Positions 6,634 through 15,822 of a DNA stretch of 49,091 nucleotides are shown piece after piece (position 1 is the stretch's first letter; the number at the start of each line of letters is the position of its first letter). The position numbers were made by a program, and so were the translations under genes. Source of the stretch: an uncultured euryarchaeote (GTDB taxonomy: Archaea > Thermoplasmatota > Poseidoniia > Poseidoniales > Poseidoniaceae). Under the pieces are notes generated by a model. It was given only the letters and a program-made list of their open reading frames with translations, did no database searches and was not told the DNA's origin. The stretch lies in the NCBI GenBank assembly GCA_937897365.1, contig CALCOP010000126.1, positions 1 through 49,091 on the forward strand, in the 5' to 3' direction.

Positions 6634-9456
6634 TCATTCAAACTTCGCGCCACAGGTTCCACATTCAGTGGCATCAACTGCAAGATCTGCACCACAGGCA
6701 CCGCATTCTGCAACTTCCGGTTTGGGTTCGGATTCAGCAGATTTTCGACGTGCGCTTCGACGGCGCGTTGGTTTGGATTTACCCGGTGTTAATTCGTCAA
6801 TAACGGCAATCGGTGAATCATCGTCCATGACAGTGAAATCAGAGGTTGTTTCAGAAACTTCATTTCCTGCAAAGGCGGAATCGGTGAGTTGCATACCGAC
6901 ATTGACTTTATCGCCAGGCATGATTCCTTCCTCACCAGTAATTTCAAACAATCTTCCTCGGATGTCTGCATCGCTTGCTGAAAGTTCTTTTCCGTCATCC
7001 TTGTGGGCGACAATTTCCCCTTTCGATGCAAGAATTGCATCGATGTCATTGGTCTCATCACCAAGGTCCTTCATGCTCTTTAGCGTTGTAGTAACCGAGT
7101 TTTGATAGGCTTCAAGTTCTTCTTCCGTCATGTCTTCACGGAGCAATTCATCAGCGTTCCTTCGATCGTAGGCTGCTTCGACTTCAGCCTCAGCACTCTC
7201 GATGTTTTCGTCCCATTCCTCTTCCAACTGGTCCTCATCATAGCCAAATTCTTGAACAGCTTCAGCAAAGTTTTCTGTGCCAGTGACAATAGCATCTTCG
7301 TCAATTTCTTCGGGAAGAGCGACAATCTGCTTCTCCACCTTTTCCTTGCGTTGGCGTTGTTCAAAGAATGAGGATACATCTTGTTCAGCCCCACAATATA
7401 CGCAATTATCAAGGAGGTCTGGAATTGATTCACCGCATTCTTCACACTCGTGGAATTGGTTTCGAGCCTTCTTCAAATTGAATGAACAATGTGGGCAGCG
7501 GTTTTCATCACCTTCAAGTTCCCCATCACAGGAAGGACAATACTCAAAGATGTCTCGTTCTACATCATCTTCAGATTCTCTCGTAAGGTATATTGAAACG
7601 GCTAAAACAGCAATGAGGAGAGCTGAACCTATACCGATGAGCGTGAAAGTTCCAAGCTCGGAATTTGATTTCAGGTCTTCAAGGTCTGAATCGCTCATTA
7701 CCGTACTGAAGGTTCGTGTGAAGGTTTGAGAAATGGTAGAATCAGAAGGAACAAGAAGAATAACAGTTGACGGTGCTGATGCATTAAATTGGCATTCAAG
7801 ACTGACCTTGTCTCCGCGGTTAACCACTTCAGCATTGATCGTTGCAAGTATGTCGCCGGCTCCGTCCACGCAATCATACGTCAAATCTCCAGTTTCGACG
7901 CTTGTTAAATCAATTTTAAGCGTATAGGTTTCACCTTGCGTCATTGGTAAAACAACAGCGGAACCATCTGAATCAGTTACCTCAAGCGTCGAAACAGCCC
8001 AAGAAAGTCGTAATTCTGCCTCAACTGATACCATGCCCGAAGCGACATTGTTGCTCGGATCTGCATCCCAACTGTTTGCGGATGCAACCCATTGCGCCTC
8101 AAAAGTTGCATCATGAGCACCGACAACAGTCGTTAAATCGACGCTCCAAGTATAATCATCGCCAGAATCGAGATAGATTATTGGAGATGTTGATTCAACT
8201 CCTTCCCAGGTATAATAGAGCCTTCCTGAAACTTCAATATCACCGGTGTTGAGCATACTCACACTCCATTCAACCGAATCACCAGAGTTTACCGAAGGAG
8301 ACGATGCAATGGCATTTGAGTCCACCAATACATCTGGCACAGGGAATTTTGACAAGCTGCTTGAAATGATATCATTTGAGGTTGATTCTTGGATGAAATC
8401 TGCCGTTCCGAAAGGGTCAATATTCGCTGAAATTGTGTGCGTACCCACCGGCAATGCATCCAATTGAGTTGAGGTGAGAACGTGGCTCCATAACGCTTCA
8501 GCATATCCACTTCCTGTAAGATTAACAGTGAAAGGTGCGGTTGAAACCACTCCACCTGATGGATTTTGTATTTGCAACTGAAGTGGAACTGCCGAGAAAC
8601 CAGAGCCATTTGTTTGCGCAATCCTTCCAGAGACGACCCAAGGTCCCTCAAGAGCGCCTTCTTCGATGCTCACATCCAATTCTCCAACGTGGAAGAAATC
8701 GACTCGAGTGTCAACGGTAAAAGGAACCTCAACCACTTTGTTCATCTCTGAGGACTCATGGACAGCATTTTGATAGTCAGGTGTAACCATCAATGAATGA
8801 GAACCGCTTGCAGGTGCCGTAAAGGTCGTGTTCACCCATTCGGAGGAACCTGCGGCAATAGGCGGTGTTGGAATGTCCAAATCATTGGAGCCAGGAAGAT
8901 CAATGTGGAGTGTACTCGCGCCCGCAGGCTCACTTCCAAGGTTTCTGACCAAGGAGGAGAGATTGACTGTGTCGCCTGAATGGATGCCTGATGAAGGAGA
9001 CAAATGAGTCTCAGTCACCTTGAGGTTAGGCAAGCCAGTTACGGTAAAGTCAACATAAAATTGGGCTTCATTTCCTGAATTGCGGGGATATTCAAAAGTA
9101 ATGTGAACTTCGTGCTCACCTTCCACAAGACCCTGCCACACGGTCGAAACTTCAGCGGTTTCACCTGCATAGATATCAACGGTAGAGGATTCGAGTAATT
9201 TGTTTGGCCCAATTCCATTCCGATAGAAGGCATATTCAACATCAATAGCATCACTGTTCGCGCTGTTGAATAATTGGAGGTTAATGGTGACGGAACCTCC
9301 CGCCTCAGGGTTGGATGGCTGAAGAGCTACCGTGCTCTCAGAGGCTTGAATAGGACCACTCTCTTCAGCGGAATTTGTCATCGGTACCGTCGCGATACAG
9401 AGGAGGAGAATCACAATTGTCGGCTTCCACGCGCTCGCCATGTAGGTATTCGACAT
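6634..9456 (-). CDS. Large cell-surface protein: signal peptide, CARDB-like repeats, one TM helix, 316-aa cytoplasmic tail with three zinc ribbons
   Basis: Start taken at MSNTYMASAWKPTIVILLLCIATVPMTNSAEE (ATG 9456). CARDB-like modules include GGSVTINLQLFNSANSDAIDVEYAFY and SGDTVNLSSLVRNLGSEPAG. TM helix FTLIGIGSALLIAVLAVSIYL. Tail motifs CPSC..CPHC, CEEC..CVYC and CGAC..CGTC. Confidence 0.8.
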   Translation of the reverse strand: MSNTYMASAWKPTIVILLLCIATVPMTNSAEESGPIQASESTVALQPSNPEAGGSVTINLQLFNSANSDAIDVEYAFYRNGIGPNKLLESSTVDIYAGETAEVSTVWQGLVEGEHEVHITFEYPRNSGNEAQFYVDFTVTGLPNLKVTETHLSPSSGIHSGDTVNLSSLVRNLGSEPAGASTLHIDLPGSNDLDIPTPPIAAGSSEWVNTTFTAPASGSHSLMVTPDYQNAVHESSEMNKVVEVPFTVDTRVDFFHVGELDVSIEEGALEGPWVVSGRIAQTNGSGFSAVPLQLQIQNPSGGVVSTAPFTVNLTGSGYAEALWSHVLTSTQLDALPVGTHTISANIDPFGTADFIQESTSNDIISSSLSKFPVPDVLVDSNAIASSPSVNSGDSVEWSVSMLNTGDIEVSGRLYYTWEGVESTSPIIYLDSGDDYTWSVDLTTVVGAHDATFEAQWVASANSWDADPSNNVASGMVSVEAELRLSWAVSTLEVTDSDGSAVVLPMTQGETYTLKIDLTSVETGDLTYDCVDGAGDILATINAEVVNRGDKVSLECQFNASAPSTVILLVPSDSTISQTFTRTFSTVMSDSDLEDLKSNSELGTFTLIGIGSALLIAVLAVSIYLTRESEDDVERDIFEYCPSCDGELEGDENRCPHCSFNLKKARNQFHECEECGESIPDLLDNCVYCGAEQDVSSFFEQRQRKEKVEKQIVALPEEIDEDAIVTGTENFAEAVQEFGYDEDQLEEEWDENIESAEAEVEAAYDRRNADELLREDMTEEELEAYQNSVTTTLKSMKDLGDETNDIDAILASKGEIVAHKDDGKELSASDADIRGRLFEITGEEGIMPGDKVNVGMQLTDSAFAGNEVSETTSDFTVMDDDSPIAVIDELTPGKSKPTRRRSARRKSAESEPKPEVAECGACGADLAVDATECGTCGAKFE

Positions 9457-9635
9457 CTTGTAAAGCACTTGAACCCATCTCCACATGACACGAATTATTA
9501 GCCTCAAGGAGATGTTTTCATCCATTCCACAACTCAACTTTGAGGCAAATCGCCGTAGCTTCATCTTGGAAATATTCAACGAAAAGATAGAGATGAAGGG
9601 GAGCATTGAAGGATAACCGCACCCGTCATGTCTTC

Positions 9636-11441
9636 ATGGGCAGAAGGTGGTCGAGTATTCTTCTCGTTGTTCTTTTGCTCGGTTTGAGTTCTTCACCCTT
9701 GGTAGAAACACCATTAGAAGATATCGAAACGGTCGCTTTTTCCTCTTCGAATCTCGCACTTTCATTCTCCAACGGACCGGATGTAAATGAAGACATCACC
9801 GGTCTTCACAGCCTTACTTTCTCGATGACTGGATATGCAAATGTCTCATCTTTACTTCTTGAAATTTCAAGCGATGGAAATGCTTGGACCACTGTAAAAA
9901 ACATTACCTCTGCTCCTTGGTTGACGTATTTTGATTCCACGGCTTACAGTAACGGATCCTATACCCTCCGAGCGACAGCATGGGACGATGATGTGAATGA
10001 AGCTGTTGTTGCTTCTTCTGGAACCTTCAACATCGTAAATCAAGTTCCTGTCATTACCATTTTCACTGCGCTTAATGCAGCTGTCGGAACCGGCAATTCA
10101 GCAAGCGATCGAGCCTGGTTTGATATCGAGAGTGATGGTAGTTTGGCATACCGGTGGGGTGCGAGTGATGACGACATCAGTTATGCATCAATTTCCAATG
10201 TTCCTGGCCCGGGTGCTCCATCGAACGATGGTCCGAGTAGTCTGTCATACGGATGGGATTGGAGCAGCGGCTCGATGTCAGAAGGAACGTGGAACTCCCG
10301 AATAACAGTGTATGACGATTCAAGCCTCTCAGCATCTCAAACCCTGTTCATTGGTATCGACCGGACAGGGCCAACACTTTCAGGCGTTACAGTTGGCGAC
10401 GGTGCTGCTTGGCAGAAATCATCTCAAGTGACCTTGAGCGGTTTAATCAATAATGCTGATGATGGTCAAGGAAGCGGTGTTTCAGCCACCGAGTACTCAT
10501 TCGATGGAACTACTTGGACTTCAACGACCTCGGATTCCTTAACCCTGACTCTTGCTGAAGGCGTTCACACACTCTCGTTTCGCTCAATCGACCGTGTAGG
10601 AAATATCGGTGCCACAATACAAACCAATGTTCAGGTGGATGAAAGTATTCCAGAGGCCATTGGTTGGACGGTTGATGAACTGACAACAAGCCGTATTGAG
10701 CCTGCAAACGTCAGTTTTAGTGCTGTTGATGATGGCTCGGGTATCGATACTGCAAACTCGTATATTCAGTTTGGTTTTGATTCGAACGGCGTTGGTGAAT
10801 CTCCTGACCTCTCCTCAAATTGGATGCTGGCCAGCTCATCCGGTTTGTCGGGATCTGTTGGATTGGCAAGTTGGGCTACGAAATCTCGCCAATATTTGAT
10901 GTTTAGAGCAGTTGTTGTGGATAATGCTGGAAATGAATACATCTCGAGTCCGAGTTCCTATCAAATCCTACCAGGATTAGATTTGTATTGGAATGCAACC
11001 CAAACAAATCTTGACCGACTCATTGTGCGACCTGGAGAGACTTCGGGTATAGTTACAATTACCAGTCTACTTGAGTCAAATCAAAATTACGGCGGTAGCG
11101 TCGTTGTTCGATTAGAATCAGCCCCTGCTGACCGCACTTCGTCTGTGAGTTGGACTGTTATGGAATCAAGAACATTAGATTCTGGCACTTTATCTGATTC
11201 TCAGGAAGAGTTGATTTGGAATTATACTGTTCCACAAACCGGTCAATTTGATCTACGGCTGGTCATCGATAATGTGAATGTCATCGATGAATACGATGAA
11301 GGAAATAATTTCAATCACATGGTTGTAACCGGTGCGGGTATTGGCTCGCCTGGATTAGTCCCCTCATTCGCACCCTCTGTTGTCCTCATCCTCCTCACAG
11401 GGTTTGCTCTTGCCTTACTTCAACGCAGAACAAGAGATTGA
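9636..11441 (+). CDS. Secreted Ig-like/CARDB surface protein with a C-terminal membrane-anchor or sorting signal
   Basis: ATG 9636 gives MGRRWSSILLVVLLLGLSSSP (signal peptide). Ig-like module DRTGPTLSGVTV...YSFDGTTWTS...GVHTLSFRSIDRVGNIG. CARDB-like end IDEYDEGNNFN. C-terminus SPGLVPSFAPSVVLILLTGFALALLQRRTRD. Confidence 0.75.
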   Translation: MGRRWSSILLVVLLLGLSSSPLVETPLEDIETVAFSSSNLALSFSNGPDVNEDITGLHSLTFSMTGYANVSSLLLEISSDGNAWTTVKNITSAPWLTYFDSTAYSNGSYTLRATAWDDDVNEAVVASSGTFNIVNQVPVITIFTALNAAVGTGNSASDRAWFDIESDGSLAYRWGASDDDISYASISNVPGPGAPSNDGPSSLSYGWDWSSGSMSEGTWNSRITVYDDSSLSASQTLFIGIDRTGPTLSGVTVGDGAAWQKSSQVTLSGLINNADDGQGSGVSATEYSFDGTTWTSTTSDSLTLTLAEGVHTLSFRSIDRVGNIGATIQTNVQVDESIPEAIGWTVDELTTSRIEPANVSFSAVDDGSGIDTANSYIQFGFDSNGVGESPDLSSNWMLASSSGLSGSVGLASWATKSRQYLMFRAVVVDNAGNEYISSPSSYQILPGLDLYWNATQTNLDRLIVRPGETSGIVTITSLLESNQNYGGSVVVRLESAPADRTSSVSWTVMESRTLDSGTLSDSQEELIWNYTVPQTGQFDLRLVIDNVNVIDEYDEGNNFNHMVVTGAGIGSPGLVPSFAPSVVLILLTGFALALLQRRTRD

Positions 11442-11466
11442 AAAGAGACCGGCCATAGGATTAGCC

Positions 11467-12213
11467 ATGCGCCAACCGCTACCAAGGGTCCCTATGAACC
11501 GAATTGCGGTTCTCATTGGTGCAAAGGGAGCAACTGCGAAGTCGCTGAAATCTGCTTCAGGATGTAAGGAATTTAACATCGATTCTGACAGTGGTGATGT
11601 CGAAGTTGTTTGGGGTGAACCCGGAACTTATGACCCTGTCAAAGCGATGAAATTGCCTGATGTGATTAAAGCAATTGGGCGAGGCATGGCACCAAAATCA
11701 GCGATTCGATTACTCGATGATCATAATTTCTTCGAATTGGTTGACATCCGAAAGTTCGTTGGAAAAAGGTCGAATCAGCAGCGTCGTATTCGTGGACGAA
11801 TTATCGGGAGTGACGGGAAAATTCGTAAGTTGATTGAAGGTCTTACCGATACCCAAATTTCAATCTACAACTCAACAGTTGTTTTAGTCGGAGAAGAAGA
11901 AGGATTGGCTGCTGCACGACAGGCTGTTGAAATGATTGCAGGAGGTGCGGAGCATGGAACAGTTCTCAGTTTCCTTGAGCGTGACAGAAAGCGTTCTCGG
12001 CTATCAAATCGGCAACTTGAAACCATTGAAATACGAGACGATGTGGCTGCTCCCCAATCTGGTTTTGAAGAATTAGTGCCTGGGCTCTCTGACCTTTCAC
12101 AACGCCGTTCACGTCGAATGAAAGCATCCCAAGTTGACCCCGCAGATGATGAAGAAGTTGCTCTCATGATGGAACTGGCCGAAGATGAAGAAGTCAGTTG
12201 GGGAGAAGAATAA
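11467..12213 (+). CDS. KH-domain RNA-binding protein (archaeal Dim2/Pno1-like)
   Basis: RIAVLIGAKGATAKSLK and GRIIGSDGKIRKLIEGLTDTQISIY are two KH-type GxxG regions. Acidic C-terminus. The first ATG after the upstream gene ends is 11467. The ORF track start at 11380 overlaps that gene. Confidence 0.75.
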   Translation: MRQPLPRVPMNRIAVLIGAKGATAKSLKSASGCKEFNIDSDSGDVEVVWGEPGTYDPVKAMKLPDVIKAIGRGMAPKSAIRLLDDHNFFELVDIRKFVGKRSNQQRRIRGRIIGSDGKIRKLIEGLTDTQISIYNSTVVLVGEEEGLAAARQAVEMIAGGAEHGTVLSFLERDRKRSRLSNRQLETIEIRDDVAAPQSGFEELVPGLSDLSQRRSRRMKASQVDPADDEEVALMMELAEDEEVSWGEE

Positions 12214-13239
12214 TCATTCTTCTTCTGAAAAAGCAGCCGGTTTAACATGGTCCAAGTTCATGTTGAGAACCTCGTACATTGCTTCAGCAAGGTTTGTTTC
12301 AACGCCGTTTTTCGTAGCCCATTCAACCAAACGAGTCACATCTCGCACTAAGAATTCCTGTGCCTTTGGATGGGTTTGAATGACAGCTTGCCCAACATCA
12401 ATTACAACAGGGCCGTCGTTATGCCAAAGGATGTTGAACGGTGAAAAATCACCATGTACAAGATTTGCCTTTTGCCAGCAAACGGCTAAGAATTCAAGTA
12501 ATTCATCAAAAACCACCTCTGGATTTTCTACAGAAACTTCCCGAAGTTTCGGAGATGCTGATACTTCGGTTCCAAGATATTCCATAACCAAGACATTCTT
12601 GTGGATACCAAGGGGTTGAGGAACATTCAAACCCCAACGCGCTAATCTCGATAAATTGCGATGTTCTTTTCGAACCCAGATATCGACCAAGTCTCGATGC
12701 CGTCGGCGTAAGCCTCCAAATCTACGATCGCCTTCGATGTATTGAATGAGATTTTTGAAAACAGCATTCGATGTATGAAATATCTTAACTGCAACAGTTT
12801 TGCCATCGAGGTCGGTCGCGTGAAAAACATGCGCTTCTTTACCCCGAGCAATTGGGAAATCGAGAGTGTCGATGGTTCCACCTTTCATCAATTTATACAA
12901 CGACATCAATGTCATTCGGTCAAAGACTTGGTCAAAGACACGACGGTCAACCCAATCATATGTTCCAGAACCCATTGCACCTTGGATTTTTGACTCAATA
13001 TCTCGGAACATTCGCTTGTAACGCTCCTCCTTCATCCAATTAAAAGCTCCAGATTTTGCTTCGAGGTTACTTAGAAAATGATCCTCTTCAGTCCTGGCAA
13101 ATTGATCGTCTTTACCTTGTTCAGAGAGTTTATTTTTGGAACCTTTCCGATGCTGACGGTGGCGCTTACGCTGCCGTTTATTGGAACCGAGTTCATCATT
13201 CCAGTCTCTCTTCTTCGCCATACGCCCACCTAGGGTCAT
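12214..13239 (-). CDS. rio1: RIO-type serine protein kinase (Rio1-like) with a basic N-terminal extension
   Basis: RIO fold motifs GKEAHVFHA, AVKIFHTSN, VLVMEYLG, LVHGDFSPFNILW and VIDVGQAV. N-terminus is KRQRKRHRQHRKGSKNK. Sits 12 nt downstream of aIF1A. Confidence 0.85.
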   Translation of the reverse strand: MTLGGRMAKKRDWNDELGSNKRQRKRHRQHRKGSKNKLSEQGKDDQFARTEEDHFLSNLEAKSGAFNWMKEERYKRMFRDIESKIQGAMGSGTYDWVDRRVFDQVFDRMTLMSLYKLMKGGTIDTLDFPIARGKEAHVFHATDLDGKTVAVKIFHTSNAVFKNLIQYIEGDRRFGGLRRRHRDLVDIWVRKEHRNLSRLARWGLNVPQPLGIHKNVLVMEYLGTEVSASPKLREVSVENPEVVFDELLEFLAVCWQKANLVHGDFSPFNILWHNDGPVVIDVGQAVIQTHPKAQEFLVRDVTRLVEWATKNGVETNLAEAMYEVLNMNLDHVKPAAFSEEE

Positions 13240-13251
13240 GCATCAACCGAA

Positions 13252-13920
13252 TCAGCCGAAGAGAGATTCGAGGTCTTCATCATCATCGTCACTGTCATCA
13301 CCTTCACCTTCATCCGGATATTCTTCAACAGGAATATGAGGTGTTTCTTCTTCAACCTCTGTTTCAACCTCTTCTTCAATCTCATCATCAGAGGCAAAAA
13401 GGTCATCATCGTCATCATCATCATCAGAACCGAATACATCGTCGACATCATCATCGGATTCTTCGGTTGATTCACCTTCAATCTCAGGAGCATCAACCTC
13501 ACCAAATGTATCCGAAAATTCGTCATCGTCATCATCGGTTGCTGTATTCATGCCAAAGAAATCGAGCTCTTTGGGCAAAACACCCTTGCGTGAGAGATAC
13601 ATCGCTTGAGTTTTGGAGTAACGATGCTTAACGTCGGCTTTGGAATCTTGAAAATCCCAAGGCCAGACAATGATCAAATCACCGTCACGAACCCATTGAC
13701 GTCGACGCATTTTCCCAGGAATGCGAGCCATACGGGTCTCGCCATCTTCACAAAGAACAGTAACCCGTCGGCCACCAAGAATTTGTTCAGCAAAGGCGAA
13801 CATTTCGTTGATTTTGCGGTTTGGCATTTTCACTCTGATCTTGCCACTGGAAGAATCTTCAGGATTCTCAAGACGAGCAAGCTCTTCTATGTCCACTTTT
13901 TCTTCATAACGTCGACCCAT
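13252..13920 (-). CDS. eif1a: Translation initiation factor aIF1A with a ~100-aa polyacidic C-terminal tail
   Basis: S1/OB core VKMPNRKINEMFAFAEQILGGRRVTVLCEDGETRMARIPGKMRRRQWVRDGDLIIVWPWDFQDSKADVKHRY. GGTGAGG lies 5 nt upstream of the ATG. Tail runs from aa ~124 to 222. Confidence 0.85.
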   Translation of the reverse strand: MGRRYEEKVDIEELARLENPEDSSSGKIRVKMPNRKINEMFAFAEQILGGRRVTVLCEDGETRMARIPGKMRRRQWVRDGDLIIVWPWDFQDSKADVKHRYSKTQAMYLSRKGVLPKELDFFGMNTATDDDDDEFSDTFGEVDAPEIEGESTEESDDDVDDVFGSDDDDDDDDLFASDDEIEEEVETEVEEETPHIPVEEYPDEGEGDDSDDDDEDLESLFG

Positions 13921-13982
13921 TCAGCCTCACCTAATCACTCCAGCAGTCGACCCTTCTTGAATACAGCACCCTAAAAAATGCG

Positions 13983-13988
13983 TTTAAA
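13983..13988 (-). promoter_or_regulatory. Candidate TATA element upstream of aIF1A, with a T-run that could terminate the nuo operon
   Basis: The minus strand reads GCGCCACTTTAAACGCATTTTTTAGGG in the 105-bp gap between the nuoN stop and the aIF1A start. Confidence 0.25.
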
Positions 13989-14025
13989 GTGGCGCAATGA
14001 GGCGTTTTCACATTATGTGTTCGCT

Positions 14026-15822
14026 TTACCAACCATAGTTCAAACTTTGAGCAGCCATCTCACAGATTCGAATCAAAGCGTCCCCTGCTATACCAACAAA
14101 GACTGTTGTTAAGACACAGGCGAGTATAGCGAGGCGAACCTGCCAACCGCTCGGAAGCGGACCTTCACGCCCTTCTTCAGGCTCGTCAAAGAACATCACG
14201 ACAACAACTCGAAGGTAGTAGAAAACAGATATTGCGGAGTTGATGACCATGAGGAATGCAAGCCACCATACCCAGTGCATATCGGCAAGAACAAAGACAC
14301 CACCATCGGCAATTTCAGCACCCATATCACCAACAGCGATACGAACAATCCCCATAATCACCAATAATTTCGACAGGAAACCAGCCATCGGAGGGACACC
14401 GGCAAGTGAAATCATGAAGATGAACATGGCAACTGCGAGGAGTGGTTCTCGCTTTGCCAAGCCTCCAAGCGAAGAAAGTCGAGATGCCCCCCCTTCAGAT
14501 TCGAGAATTGAAAGGACGAGGAATGCTCCAAGTTTGAAGGCGACGAGTACGACCAAATGGAATAGAAGTGCCGTCATCACGGCGACTGCTGCAGCTCCTG
14601 CATCACCTGAAACTGCTGCATCCCAATTCCATGCACCTACTGCAGTCAGAGCAGCCAACATGTAGCCAGCGTGAGCAACGGATGAATAAGCAAGCATTCG
14701 CTTCGGATTATCACTACCGAGCGCTGCGAGATTACCCCACGTCATGGTGATAGCAGCCATAGCCCCTAAACAGGCAAGCCAAACGGCACTGCCATCACTG
14801 GATTCAGGTGCTGCAACAATCAACAGCATCCGAACCAAGCCGAGCATTCCCATCGCTTTACTTGCAGTAGCAAGAACACCAGCAACTGGGCTAATGGCAC
14901 CAGCATATGCATCAGGAGCAGCAAAGTGGAACGGTGCAGCGCTTACTTTGAATCCGAAACCAACCAGAACAAAACCGATTCCAATGAGTGGTAATGCAGT
15001 GGTTCCTGATTCAGCAAAGGCAACTGAGAGTACGCTGAATTGAAGTGACCCTGCCCAGAGATAGAGCATTGAAAGTCCGTAGAGACCGACACCAGAAGCG
15101 ACTGAACCTACGATGAAATACTTCATTCCGGATTCTACACCCACCTTACTTTCCTTAAGGAACGCAACCAAAACATATGTTGAGAAAGACGCAAGTTCAA
15201 GACCGATAAACAAAACAAACAGATCTTGAGCGAGTGCAACAACCGACATGCCCAGAGCACAAGTCACCATGAGAATGTAGAAATCAGCCTGTCGTCGATT
15301 GTTATACAATTCATGTTCTGAGACATGCGCTCCGATGCCTTTCACCTGCAAACGATTCATACTGGAAAAGGCAGCCAAGGCTAATGCACCAAAGAAAATC
15401 ATTTCGAACACTCGGCTAAAACCATTGACAAGAAGCAATTCTTTGCCAGATTCAGAAACGATAACAACACGCTCAAGACCTTGACTAAAAATGTAAACAA
15501 CGTTCAAGAAAGCACTGCCAAGCGTGATTGAAGCAATCCATGCTGGTAGTCTTGGATCACTGGTTATTTTGAAACGGGAACCGCCCAAAAGCCACGGTAC
15601 ACGGATTTGAGTACCTCGTATCCGGAATGTTCCACGACCCAAATTTGGAACGATAATTAACAGTAAAAGTCCTGCAAACAACATCAGTTCAGGACAGAGC
15701 GCACTGATGAATCCGTCACCGAATGCTTCGACTGTAGTGGTTTCTGACACTTCAAGCACCTCCGTTAAATCCGCCGAGGATTGGCAAGATAAGACCCTTG
15801 AAGATTTCAGCAGTCCAATCAT
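14026..15822 (-). CDS. nuoN: NADH-quinone oxidoreductase subunit N (antiporter-like)
   Basis: Polytopic membrane protein with the NuoN/ND2 pattern (LELASFSTYVLVAF, KYFIVGSVASG, APFHFAAPDAYAG, AYSSVAHAGYML). The ORF overlaps nuoM by 71 nt. A GTG at 15750, 1 nt after the nuoM stop, is an alternative start. Confidence 0.85.
   Translation of the reverse strand: MIGLLKSSRVLSCQSSADLTEVLEVSETTTVEAFGDGFISALCPELMLFAGLLLLIIVPNLGRGTFRIRGTQIRVPWLLGGSRFKITSDPRLPAWIASITLGSAFLNVVYIFSQGLERVVIVSESGKELLLVNGFSRVFEMIFFGALALAAFSSMNRLQVKGIGAHVSEHELYNNRRQADFYILMVTCALGMSVVALAQDLFVLFIGLELASFSTYVLVAFLKESKVGVESGMKYFIVGSVASGVGLYGLSMLYLWAGSLQFSVLSVAFAESGTTALPLIGIGFVLVGFGFKVSAAPFHFAAPDAYAGAISPVAGVLATASKAMGMLGLVRMLLIVAAPESSDGSAVWLACLGAMAAITMTWGNLAALGSDNPKRMLAYSSVAHAGYMLAALTAVGAWNWDAAVSGDAGAAAVAVMTALLFHLVVLVAFKLGAFLVLSILESEGGASRLSSLGGLAKREPLLAVAMFIFMISLAGVPPMAGFLSKLLVIMGIVRIAVGDMGAEIADGGVFVLADMHWVWWLAFLMVINSAISVFYYLRVVVVMFFDEPEEGREGPLPSGWQVRLAILACVLTTVFVGIAGDALIRICEMAAQSLNYGW

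Noticed and set aside
6605-7105. 166-aa plus-strand ORF antisense to the cytoplasmic tail of the surface protein
   Set aside because: It is Ser/Ala-rich and low complexity, has no start context, and lies entirely inside a long coding frame with conserved Cys motifs.
9457-9606. 50-codon N-terminal extension of the 990-aa ORF that touches the start of the divergent gene
   Set aside because: The extension has no signal-peptide character, while MSNTYMASAWKPTIVILLLCIATVP at ATG 9456 does. Trimming it restores a normal 180-bp divergent promoter region.
13056-13631. 191-aa His-rich plus-strand ORF, and the 99-aa Met-rich minus-strand ORF 13236-13535
   Set aside because: Both overlap the aIF1A gene. 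They are mirror or alternate-frame readings of the GAT/GAC/GAA-rich DNA that encodes its acidic tail. The aIF1A frame has a clear conserved OB core and a Shine-Dalgarno sequence.
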